From Minicystis rosea (GTDB taxonomy: Bacteria; Myxococcota_A; Polyangia; Polyangiales; Polyangiaceae), in contig CP016211.1 in the NCBI GenBank assembly GCA_001931535.1, forward strand, positions 4,567,573 to 4,631,572: a DNA stretch of 64,000 nt, read 5' to 3'. Positions 10,344 through 18,959 of the stretch are shown one piece after another. A program made the translations under genes and the position numbers. The notes beneath the pieces were generated by a model, which ran no database searches, had not been told where the DNA came from, and saw nothing but the letters and a program-made list of their open reading frames with translations. The first letter of the stretch is position 1, and every line of letters starts with the position of its first letter.

Positions 10344-10570
10344 AGAATGGCCATGTGCCAGAGCGCGATGGTGCACGCCTCGTCCTCGTCGAGCGCGCCC
10401 GCGTCCCCGAGCCGCGGTGGCAGCGAAGGCGCGCGTGTGGGGTCGCCCACCGCGTGCTTCGACGAGGCATCAATCTGATGGCCGCCCCACGCGCGATCGC
10501 ACGGCGGCGAGGGCGCGCAGCCGGGCAGCGCTCCGAGTGCGATGGCGCATCCGAGGGACCCACGAAGCAT
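10340..10570 (-). CDS. Hypothetical small lipoprotein
   Basis: 'MLRGSLGCAIALGALPGCAPS…' signal and lipobox. 76 aa. Sits upstream of the ECF sigma gene with a 4-nt overlap. Confidence 0.3.
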   Translation of the reverse strand: MLRGSLGCAIALGALPGCAPSPPCDRAWGGHQIDASSKHAVGDPTRAPSLPPRLGDAGALDEDEACTIALWHMAIL

Positions 10571-10670
10571 GGGCCGCGATGAGAGCACGCGCGTCTTAAC
10601 GGCACCTGAACACGGCCGCGCCTTGCTCCACGACGCTACGCCGGCGCGGCTCGCGCGCGTGGTAGACACA

Positions 10671-10775
10671 TGCGATCGCGTGCTCGTCGTGGACGACCAC
10701 ACAGAGGTTCGCGATCTCCTGGCGCGAAGCCTGCGCCGCGATGGTCACGAAATCGCCACCGCCGCGAGCGCGCCG
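10671..10775 (+). pseudogene. Fragment of a response-regulator receiver domain
   Basis: 'RVLVVDDHTEVRDLLARSLRRDGHEIATAASA' is an N-terminal REC motif; the rest of the frame is nonsense. Flanked by 20-bp direct repeats. Confidence 0.35.
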
Positions 10776-10889
10776 CGATCACTGCCGCCGAGGCCAGCGC
10801 CGCATTGCGGCGGCGCTTCGCGCTCGGGCATCACTATCGGTTTCGATGGGGCCTCGCCCCAACCCCCGCCGCGCTTCGCGCTCGGGCCT

Positions 10890-11951
10890 TTAGTGAGGCA
10901 GCGCATCAATCCAGGCGGCGAGCTTCGCGGTGCCGTCTTCGTCGATGGCGTGGCTCACCAGGGGCGGCATCTGGTAGTTGCCGCGGAGGTGCGAGACCAG
11001 CCAGACCAGGCTATGGTCATGCGCGCCGGGCGTGAGCCGCAGCGCCCCGGGGAAGTGTTGAGCGACTGACATCGTGGTGGGCATCTGGTTGATCATCGAA
11101 GCCCACATCTCGGTCTTGTCGACCGAGACCTTCTCGACCGCTCCGCTTGCCCCGTCGGGCCAAAAGTCGCTCGCGCGGAGCCGGAGGACGAGCTTCGTCT
11201 CCTCGCCCAGGCCGCGGGTCGAGTGGCAGGCGATGCCGCAGTTGACGTCCAGATAGCCCAGGGCCGCTGCCGCCTTCCCCGTGCTGTCCTCGGGGAGCGT
11301 TACCGTCGTGTGAGCTGGAGGATGGCTCAGGTGACCGTTCGCTGCGAGCGAGGCGAGGGTGGCGCCCTCGGCGTTGGGCAAACCGAGGAGCAGCGCCTCG
11401 ACGCCGAGCAGGTGGTCGGACGCGCCGTGGTGGCACTTGTCGCACGACTTGACCGTGGGGATCTCGTACCCACTGGGAAGGATGATCCCCTTGGTCTCCG
11501 TGTTGAGCGTCGCCGCGGTGCCGGCGGCGTTCCACACGTACGTGCCACTCGCCCATTCGGTGGCGGTGCGCTTCCACTCGAGGCGCGTCTCCACCAGCTT
11601 GCCGTCGACCTTGAAATCCTTCCAGGCCTTTGTCCCCACCGGGAATTGCCAGGAATCGAGATCGCTCGTGTCGATCGGCTCGCCCTCCGGGAGGAGGAGA
11701 TATCGGTGCTTCTCGGCGCCGTCGCTCCAGAGAACGGCCCCCGGCGTGTAGGCCTGTACGCCGGCCGCGAGGTCCGCCGAGACGCGGTTGGCATAGAGCC
11801 CGGTGCAGTAGACGTCGTCCGGCAAGCCGGTCGCCGGAATCACGCACCCTTCGGTAGCCGGGGGCGGACCGCAGCTCACCACGGAAGCGCCGCCTCCGAG
11901 GACGAGCATCGTGCGCCCGAGCACCACCGCGAGCCTGCGAATCTTCACCAT
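10890..11951 (-). CDS. c-type cytochrome lipoprotein (two CxxCH haem-binding motifs)
   Basis: 'CDKCHH' and 'CGIACH'. Lipoprotein signal 'MVKIRRLAVVLGRTMLVLGGGASVVSC'. Confidence 0.7.
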   Translation of the reverse strand: MVKIRRLAVVLGRTMLVLGGGASVVSCGPPPATEGCVIPATGLPDDVYCTGLYANRVSADLAAGVQAYTPGAVLWSDGAEKHRYLLLPEGEPIDTSDLDSWQFPVGTKAWKDFKVDGKLVETRLEWKRTATEWASGTYVWNAAGTAATLNTETKGIILPSGYEIPTVKSCDKCHHGASDHLLGVEALLLGLPNAEGATLASLAANGHLSHPPAHTTVTLPEDSTGKAAAALGYLDVNCGIACHSTRGLGEETKLVLRLRASDFWPDGASGAVEKVSVDKTEMWASMINQMPTTMSVAQHFPGALRLTPGAHDHSLVWLVSHLRGNYQMPPLVSHAIDEDGTAKLAAWIDALPH

Positions 11952-11966
11952 GAATCCTCCCGTGGC

Positions 11967-12372
11967 TCAGTCGTTGGGTGCCCCGGCCTCGATCCAGCTA
12001 CGCACGGCTTCGAGCTGGTCTGCCGTCAGCGCACTGCCACCAAGCGGCATTGGTCCACCGCACGTCGGAGCGCCGGAAAGCTTCTCGTAGAAGAGGCTCT
12101 CCTCGGGGTGGCCGGGCACGACCAGTGTCCGACCAGCGCACGTCTTGCTCATCGACGGCTTGCCCACGAGGGAGGCGTACGCAGCTGCCTTGTCCATGCC
12201 CGTGGAGAGCGCGCCGTTGCTGAGCTCGTTGGGCGGCAAGCTGTGGCAGAACTCGCACTGTGCCTTGGTGTGGACGGGGAAGAGATCGGTGTAGATCTGC
12301 GAGAACGTCCCCGGCGCGGGCGAGCTGCACGCGGACGCGCCCCCGAGGAGCGCAGCGAGGAGGAGGCGCTGA
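11967..12372 (-). CDS. Small mono-haem c-type cytochrome lipoprotein (GTG start)
   Basis: 'CEFCH' motif and signal 'LSPQRLLLAALLGGASAC'. Lies between two cytochrome genes in the same orientation. Confidence 0.55.
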
Positions 12373-12376
12373 GGGC

Positions 12377-13348
12377 TCAAGGTACGCACTGGAAAGGACC
12401 GTTCTGCACCGGCGGCAAGGTGTGGATGTAGACGGCGAGGTCGCGGGTGTCGCCGTCGGTCAGGCCGCCGAGCGCGTCGGGGCCGCCCGGATGGGTGTTG
12501 CAAAAGGGCCGCGCGGTGCCCTTCTCGGTGTTCGACTTGAGCGCGGCGACGATGTCATCGACGCTCCAGCCGGCGAGCCCCGTCGCGTCGGGGGTGATGT
12601 TCACCGAGGTGTGCTCCGGGGCGCCGCGGATATAGGTGTACTTCTTTCCGCCGGCGAAGGCCTTGGTGAGGTCCGGAACGTCTGCCGAGATCTGCTCAGT
12701 GTGGCAGTTGAGGCAGGCTGTAGCCGCCAGATAACGCCCGCGCTCGGCCGCGGCGAAGTCCGGGTCACTTGCCGGAAGGGTCGTGTGCGGAATCTTGCTC
12801 TCGTCGACCGGCTGCGCGGGCGGGTTCTGATCGAAATAGGGGTAGTCGGCCGGCACGACGTTGTCGTTGGGCGGGATGGAGCGCAGGTATTGGATGATGG
12901 AGTCCTGGTCCTCGTGGGTGAGGAGCGAGTACTCCGGGTAGGGCATGATCGGGTAGATAGCGATGTTCTCGTCGTCGATGCCCTGGGTGAGGGCGCGCCG
13001 AATCTGCTCGTCCGACCATGTGGCGAGGCCTTCCGGGTTGTGCGAAGTGAGGTTCTCCGCGTTGACGGTGACCACCGTGCCGTCCGTGTCGGTGAAGTCG
13101 TACGAGCGACTCCCGGCCAGGTATTTCGTCTTGTCAGGCTTCCCATCTGCGTCGTTGGGCGTGTGACAGGCGCCGCAGACGAGCAGATGATCGACCAGGT
13201 ACTTGCCCCGCTCGATCGTCCCCGTCGTCGCGGTGGGCGCCCTGCCGCCCCCGCCTCCCGAGCCGCCCGTGCCCGTGCCGCTCTTCGAGCAGGCGAACGA
13301 GCCCGCGGCAAGGAGCGATAGACCTGCAATCAAGTGAACGATGCGCAT
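12377..13348 (-). CDS. Di-haem cytochrome c lipoprotein
   Basis: 'CGACH' and 'CLNCH' motifs. Lipoprotein signal 'MRIVHLIAGLSLLAAGSFAC'. Confidence 0.75.
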   Translation of the reverse strand: MRIVHLIAGLSLLAAGSFACSKSGTGTGGSGGGGGRAPTATTGTIERGKYLVDHLLVCGACHTPNDADGKPDKTKYLAGSRSYDFTDTDGTVVTVNAENLTSHNPEGLATWSDEQIRRALTQGIDDENIAIYPIMPYPEYSLLTHEDQDSIIQYLRSIPPNDNVVPADYPYFDQNPPAQPVDESKIPHTTLPASDPDFAAAERGRYLAATACLNCHTEQISADVPDLTKAFAGGKKYTYIRGAPEHTSVNITPDATGLAGWSVDDIVAALKSNTEKGTARPFCNTHPGGPDALGGLTDGDTRDLAVYIHTLPPVQNGPFQCVP

Positions 13349-13351
13349 GGC

Positions 13352-13861
13352 TCAATACCCCTGTCCGTTGTCGCAATAGGTCGCGTGGAACGTGCCGACG
13401 ATCTCGTCTCCGCCGTACGTGGCGTGGAGGGTGCCCTCGACGAGGCTTTTCTCCACGGCCTTGGTGAAGACGATCTCGCCCGAGTCCGCGGAGGTCTCGT
13501 AAGCCGACGACTTGCCAGTTGGGGCGAAGTTCACCTCGCTCGGCGGCACCGCGTATGTTTTCACCTTCGGAGCACCTTGGATGACCAGCTCGACGACCTG
13601 TGATCCGGCGGCGACGCCGCCCAGCCAGCGCGACTCCTGCATCGTGGCGCAAGTGATCTTGGCCGAGCTCAGGTAGACGAGCGTCTCGCCGCTGTTCGCG
13701 ATCATCAGCGAAGAGACGGTGGTCTGGGCGTCGCCGAGCGTTCCGAGCGTGCCTGACAGCTTGGTCACCGAGGTATCACTAAGGTCTACGCCGTTCGAGC
13801 TACCGCAAGCGAGCAGCGCGGAGCTAAAGGCCATGATGGCGAGTGCGGATCGGAGCGACAT
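13352..13861 (-). CDS. Hypothetical lipoprotein (first gene of the cytochrome operon)
   Basis: 'MSLRSALAIMAFSSALLACGSS' lipobox. 4-nt gap to the next gene. Confidence 0.55.
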   Translation of the reverse strand: MSLRSALAIMAFSSALLACGSSNGVDLSDTSVTKLSGTLGTLGDAQTTVSSLMIANSGETLVYLSSAKITCATMQESRWLGGVAAGSQVVELVIQGAPKVKTYAVPPSEVNFAPTGKSSAYETSADSGEIVFTKAVEKSLVEGTLHATYGGDEIVGTFHATYCDNGQGY

Positions 13862-14843
13862 GGTGCAGCCTCGAGCCACGCTTCTCGCGCGTGGCGTGAC
13901 CTGCCGTAGCGTGGTTGGTGCGGGCGCCTGGGCCAGCGTCAAGCAGACGACAACTTAAGATCTCGGCTCAACAGATGACTTAGTATCTCGGCTCAACAAC
14001 CGCCGTTAACACGAATGCGGAACACCGGCAGGGCAATGCCCTGCCAATGCACACTTGCGTGGATGACGCAGAACGGAGCTCCGGGGCGGAATCACCGAAT
14101 GATGAAAGGGGACAGACACCGGCGGACATGGGGCGCAGCGGCGCGGCGCTCCACCTGCCTCGCATCGGGCCTCCGTTCGAATGACGCATTCACCCTTCTT
14201 GGCGCGCGGCTGGGAGAAACTTCATACTCATTGTGGTGCTTTTTCGCCCCAACCGTGAGCACGTTTGGTGCGCCGGTCTTCGTTGCGAAGCTCGTTGCAC
14301 GTCGGTGACATTTCGCCCTGTCTGCGATGGGGATTCGCGGCGCACAACATCCGCCCACGGAGATTCGCCGGGGCAATCGCGATGGATCTACCTGACAGTA
14401 TCAACGAGGCGGATGTCTTCGACGCATGAGCGTCGCTTGAGCCCGTCCGCGTCGCCTCGGCATTGCCGTGGGTGCTTGCGTGCGAGGGGCATCATGGTGA
14501 CCGATACGACGACACAGGTAAGCGAGGGGGCGCGAGCTTGTTTCTGGCTGTCGGGAGGGCCCCGTAGACTCATCGTGATTCGACCGTTGGGAATCGAACG
14601 GTCGATGCCGCGGATCCTCGCCGCGAGGAGGCTTGCGCCCTGGAACGAGGATTCAATGGGACCATGAGATGGCAAACCATCGCATTCGGGTGCGCGTTAG
14701 CCCTTGTCGCAACGGGGCTGGCGTTTATTACGGCATGTGCTGTTGGAAGAAGCCTGGGAAACTAACGCACTATTCCCTGAGCTTGCGCTCGCGGCAACCC
14801 GTGGGGATGGCTCCTTACAACCATGCTCTGGAGCAGGGCGATA

Positions 14844-16652
14844 TTACCCTGCCGAGCTGGATCCATCGATAGCCGGGGACTGCGTATACGACGGCGGCGA
14901 TAGTCGCGCTCCACCGTCGACTTGGACGATCGAGAGATCTTGCCCCCCTCTCCAGGGAACCGCGAGGCCGGAGCAATCCACCCGACGTGGACCAACCCCT
15001 GCGACGAGCGTGGCGCCAATCGACGCGCTGATCACCGCAGGACCTACCAAGAACAGCGCGACCCCCGCGACCGGTGGCGGCACGGTGGTCGGATCCCAAC
15101 CGACCCACGCGGCCAGCAAAGCGAACGGGACAACCGTTGCCGCGAGGAGAGCCCATGGCTCATGTCGCAGGGGCGGTGACCACCACGCGAGCGCGCGGAC
15201 CGCGGCCACCGCGAGCAGGACGCCGGGGATCGATTGGAGGATGAAGGTCGGCGCGGGAGGCATGAGACTGAAGGTTGGCCGGCAGCCCAGAACGAGAAGG
15301 TAACCAGCGAACACCGCGAGGTTCAGGAGCGGCAGACGCAGAGCTCGAGGCGCCGCGAGCGGCCCCAGTCTCACCCCGAAACGCCGCACCGCGAGCGCCG
15401 CAATCGCGAGCGCGACGACCAGCGTCGCCACGTGCAGGACGCCGTCGGCGGTACGGCGTGCGACGAGATCGGCGGCGCGTGCCTCGGCGAGCGCAGCGTG
15501 AAGCTCCGCGGCGAGAGGCAGCGCCGCGGGGTCTGCCGTGCGCAGGCGAGCCACGAGAGCGTCGACTTGATTGCAGCGGTCGAGCGGCAACAGGGCACAT
15601 GAGAAGTGAGCGACCTGATCGAATGGAGCCGCCAGCACCCTGGCGGCACGAGGCGCGTCGAGCGCCAGCGCATCGAGCATCGGAAGGCCCAGGCTCGAGC
15701 TCGGAGCGCGCACCCCGGCGATCACGGACAGCGTAGCGGCGACATCGTGCATCGGTCGCTCCTCGAGCTGGATGCCGCGGCGAAACGCAGCGCCGACGCC
15801 GAGCATGAAAGCGTGCATCACCTCTGGCTCGGTACCTCCGTGGCCGCCTGACGCAAGATGTCCGTGGTCGCTCAATACGACGAGCGAGTCACGCTCCGGA
15901 TCCAGCGATCGCATCCGACTCGCGATCAACGCGCCCGCCTTGCGCGCCGCGCGTTGGTACTCGGCGGAGCGACCGCCGTGCTCGTGGCCTGCATCGTCGA
16001 CCTCGCCGATGTACAGAAACTCGAGCGCTCGCTGGTCGGGAATCGTCGCACGTTCGGCAGGGCTCGGCGCATCGGGGGCAGCGCCAAGCTCATCGTGCTC
16101 GACGCTCGCGCCCGGCGGCGGCATGAGCAGCTCGGCGAAAGGCCTCCACCCACGGGTGCGGATCACGATCGGGATGCTCGCGTCCCGGGCGGCGCCAAGC
16201 ACGCTGTCGAGACCGTCAACACGCAGGACTCCCGCGTTCAGGCGCACGCCGCTGTCGACGGGGTGGAGGCCGGTGACGAACGATGTGATTGCCGGCGACG
16301 TGAAGCTCGGAAACTCGACACGAAGGCTCCGGAACGTGCCCTCGCGCCTCAGTGGGGCGATCTCTTCGAGCGCCCGGGCAGCCTCGAACGAGAGTCCATC
16401 GACCACCACCACAGCGAGTCGGCGGGTGAGCGGCGGAGAGGGGGAGATCGCCGACGGACGATGGGGGACGCCCTCGAGCGACGTATGCCGCGTGTTCAGC
16501 GAGGGGAGGTAAACACCAAGCAAGTGCCAGACGACGAGCGCCGAGACCACGATCGCCGTGAGCTTCACGGAGTAAGACGCCCGTCGGGCCGGCCGTGCCG
16601 GCGAGATAGGACGCGTGGTCGAGATGGGGGGGCACATCGCCATGGGGAGCAC
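14844..16652 (-). CDS. Alkaline-phosphatase-superfamily (type I phosphodiesterase / sulfatase-like) membrane protein
   Basis: 'VVVVDGLSFEAAR', 'VVLSDHGH' and 'GGHGG' metal-site motifs. The C-terminal half has multiple TM helices. Confidence 0.6.
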   Translation of the reverse strand: MLPMAMCPPISTTRPISPARPARRASYSVKLTAIVVSALVVWHLLGVYLPSLNTRHTSLEGVPHRPSAISPSPPLTRRLAVVVVDGLSFEAARALEEIAPLRREGTFRSLRVEFPSFTSPAITSFVTGLHPVDSGVRLNAGVLRVDGLDSVLGAARDASIPIVIRTRGWRPFAELLMPPPGASVEHDELGAAPDAPSPAERATIPDQRALEFLYIGEVDDAGHEHGGRSAEYQRAARKAGALIASRMRSLDPERDSLVVLSDHGHLASGGHGGTEPEVMHAFMLGVGAAFRRGIQLEERPMHDVAATLSVIAGVRAPSSSLGLPMLDALALDAPRAARVLAAPFDQVAHFSCALLPLDRCNQVDALVARLRTADPAALPLAAELHAALAEARAADLVARRTADGVLHVATLVVALAIAALAVRRFGVRLGPLAAPRALRLPLLNLAVFAGYLLVLGCRPTFSLMPPAPTFILQSIPGVLLAVAAVRALAWWSPPLRHEPWALLAATVVPFALLAAWVGWDPTTVPPPVAGVALFLVGPAVISASIGATLVAGVGPRRVDCSGLAVPWRGGQDLSIVQVDGGARLSPPSYTQSPAIDGSSSAG

Positions 16653-17251
16653 TCCTATGCGGACGCGTCGACAGGTCGAATCAGCGCATTGCTGATGCGG
16701 TCTGCCATTGGGCGAGCTGGCGGCCGTCTCCGAAGATCTCGCGATGGTCGTCGAATCGACTCGTTCGCTTCCATGATGGTTCCCCGTCCGGAGCGAGATC
16801 CTTCATAAAAATCGTCTAGTAACAGCGCACGTACTTTTTATGAAGGTTCGCTAAAGAGCGCGCTAAGGCTTGCGGTTGTTCATTGCGCCCAAAGGGTCGG
16901 TGCGTGGAGCAGACGATTTGACTGAATGCCCCGACCGGAGAGCCGTGGAAGGACTCGCCTTCACGGGTCATGGCGCCTCGATCCCGAGACGGCCCGAGCA
17001 AGGACGCTGAACCCACTGTCGTTAGGTGGGGCACCTGGACTTGGAGTGTCGTGTCGCACTTTTCGATCGTCGAGTCGTCAGGTTGCTCGAGAGCAAGCGA
17101 TAGTTTCATGGGCTCGGTGCAACGAACGGTGACAATAGCCCGCTCGGACCGGTTTCGTTAGTTATGGGCGGTTATCCAGGCCACGTCTTGGCCCAATCGA
17201 GTCGACTTCGTCGGTCGTGTCGTTGTCCTCAATACCTACGGATTACCCATC

Positions 17252-18445
17252 ATGAACTGGCATAGTCTACTCACCGTTGCGCCAACCGCGCTGTCCGCGG
17301 TGCTGTTCTCCACGACGCATGCCGTCTTCACTCGAGCGCTGTCCCGTCGCTGTCCTCTCGACGGCTGCTCGACACCGCCACTCGTGAGCATCCTGAAGCC
17401 AATCGCGGGTTGCGACGAGGGCTTGCTCGACAACCTGACCTCGTTCGCCCATCTCGAAGGGGCGAGGTACGAGCTGCTTCTCGGCATTGCGTGCCCCGAT
17501 GACCCGGCCATTCCAGTGATCAGGACCTTTCTCGCAGCGCACCCGGCGCTCTCGGCGAGGCTCGTCGTGACCACCCCTCCCTGCGGGGAGATCCAGAATC
17601 CCAAGGTCGCGCAGCTCATCAGCTTGAGTCGCGCGGCGCGCGGCTCGGTCATCGTGGTCTCGGATGCGAACGTGCGCGTCTCACCGAGCCACCTGCGCTC
17701 GCTCCTGGCCGCGCTGTCGCAGCCCGGCATCGGTTTGGTCTCCTCCGTGGTGGTCGGCGGTGGCGAGCGAACGCTCGCCGCCGCCATCGATAGCGCCCAG
17801 CTCGGAGCCTATATCGCCCCGTCGGTCGTCGCAGCGCACACGCTCCGTCTCTGGCCCATCACGGTTGGAAAGACGATGGCCATGCGAAGTCGCGATCTGA
17901 CGTCGATCGGCGGCTTCGAGAGCGTCGGCGCAGTATTGGCCGAGGACGACGTGCTGGGGCAGCGGTTCGTCGCGCGAGGGCTCGGCGTGGCCCTGTGTCT
18001 GGAGCCCGTGGAGAACTACAGCCCGACGGCCTGTTGGTCCAGCGTTCTGAAGCGTCATGTCCGGTGGGCGGCGATGCGTCGCTCGCTGACCATGCTCGGC
18101 TTCGCCTTCGAGCTGTTTCTCTCTCCGCTCCTCGTCGCGACCGTCACTGCCGTCATCGCGCTCTCGCGCCTGTCTTTGGGCCTGCTGATCGCGGCGACCA
18201 TCTTCTCGTGTGGTGGCGCCTATCTCTCGCTCAGCCGCACGCGCCGCCAGAACGCGGCGGCGCTCGCCGCTCTCGAGCCGGTGCGGGTCGCTGTCATGTT
18301 CTCGTGCTGGCTCGCCGGTTGGTTCATTCGCACGGTCACCTGGCGGGGCAATGCCTTCCGGATCGCGAGCGGCACGAGGCTCACGTCCATCCTGGCCACT
18401 CCCGTCGCGAGCACGGCACGCGCGTCGGTGTCGCCCCATGGCTGA
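17252..18445 (+). CDS. Family-2 glycosyltransferase, ceramide glucosyltransferase / HpnI-like (Glyco_transf_21)
   Basis: 'VSILKPIAGCDEGLLDNLTSFAHLEGARYELLLGI…' N-terminal GT-A fold and C-terminal TM helices. Overall architecture matches the HpnI/GT21 family. Confidence 0.75.
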   Translation: MNWHSLLTVAPTALSAVLFSTTHAVFTRALSRRCPLDGCSTPPLVSILKPIAGCDEGLLDNLTSFAHLEGARYELLLGIACPDDPAIPVIRTFLAAHPALSARLVVTTPPCGEIQNPKVAQLISLSRAARGSVIVVSDANVRVSPSHLRSLLAALSQPGIGLVSSVVVGGGERTLAAAIDSAQLGAYIAPSVVAAHTLRLWPITVGKTMAMRSRDLTSIGGFESVGAVLAEDDVLGQRFVARGLGVALCLEPVENYSPTACWSSVLKRHVRWAAMRRSLTMLGFAFELFLSPLLVATVTAVIALSRLSLGLLIAATIFSCGGAYLSLSRTRRQNAAALAALEPVRVAVMFSCWLAGWFIRTVTWRGNAFRIASGTRLTSILATPVASTARASVSPHG

Positions 18446-18959
18446 TCCGCTCGAGATCGTGAGCGCGACGGCGACGCGCACGCCGCCCGTTCCAACCGCG
18501 GTTCGTCACATCACGCGCGCGCAAACCTGGCTCGCTGTGCGGTTGAGCACGTTCACGCGCTCGCTCGTCACGGGCGGCGCCGCATCGCTGGCGGACCTGG
18601 CCACGCTCGGGGTCGCCGTCGGCGCGTTCGAGGTCTCTCCGGCGACGGCGAGCATTCCAGCGCTCCTCACCGGCGCCAGCGTGCAGTTCTTCGGCAACCG
18701 ACACTTCGCCTTTCGAGCCACGTCGGGGCGAGTCCGGCGCCAGGCGTTGCTCTTCGTCGCTACCGAGGTCATGGGCCTGATCTTCAATGCGCTGCTCTAC
18801 GATCGCGTGGCCGCGTTGCTCCCAGCCACCGCGACGAGCGCAGTCTTCGGCCGAGTCGTCACCACGAATCTCGTCTTCCTGCTGTGGAGCTATCCAATGT
18901 GGTGCCGCGTCTTCCGCACGAACGACATGAGCCAATCGATGTGGGGTAAGGCATCGTGA
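18441..18959 (+). CDS. GtrA-family membrane protein (polysaccharide/glycolipid biosynthesis associated)
   Basis: Four TM helices; 'GGAASLADLATLGVAVG…VQFFGNRHFAFR' is a GtrA signature. ATGA overlap with the GT2 gene. Confidence 0.7.
   Translation, partial: ADPLEIVSATATRTPPVPTAVRHITRAQTWLAVRLSTFTRSLVTGGAASLADLATLGVAVGAFEVSPATASIPALLTGASVQFFGNRHFAFRATSGRVRRQALLFVATEVMGLIFNALLYDRVAALLPATATSAVFGRVVTTNLVFLLWSYPMWCRVFRTNDMSQSMWGKAS

Noticed and set aside
14571-14610. Possible tRNA T-arm-like sequence 'gattcgaccgttgggaatcgaacggtcg'
   Set aside because: It forms a simple 8-bp hairpin but there is no acceptor stem, anticodon arm or GTTCRANYC T-loop consensus in context. Not a tRNA.
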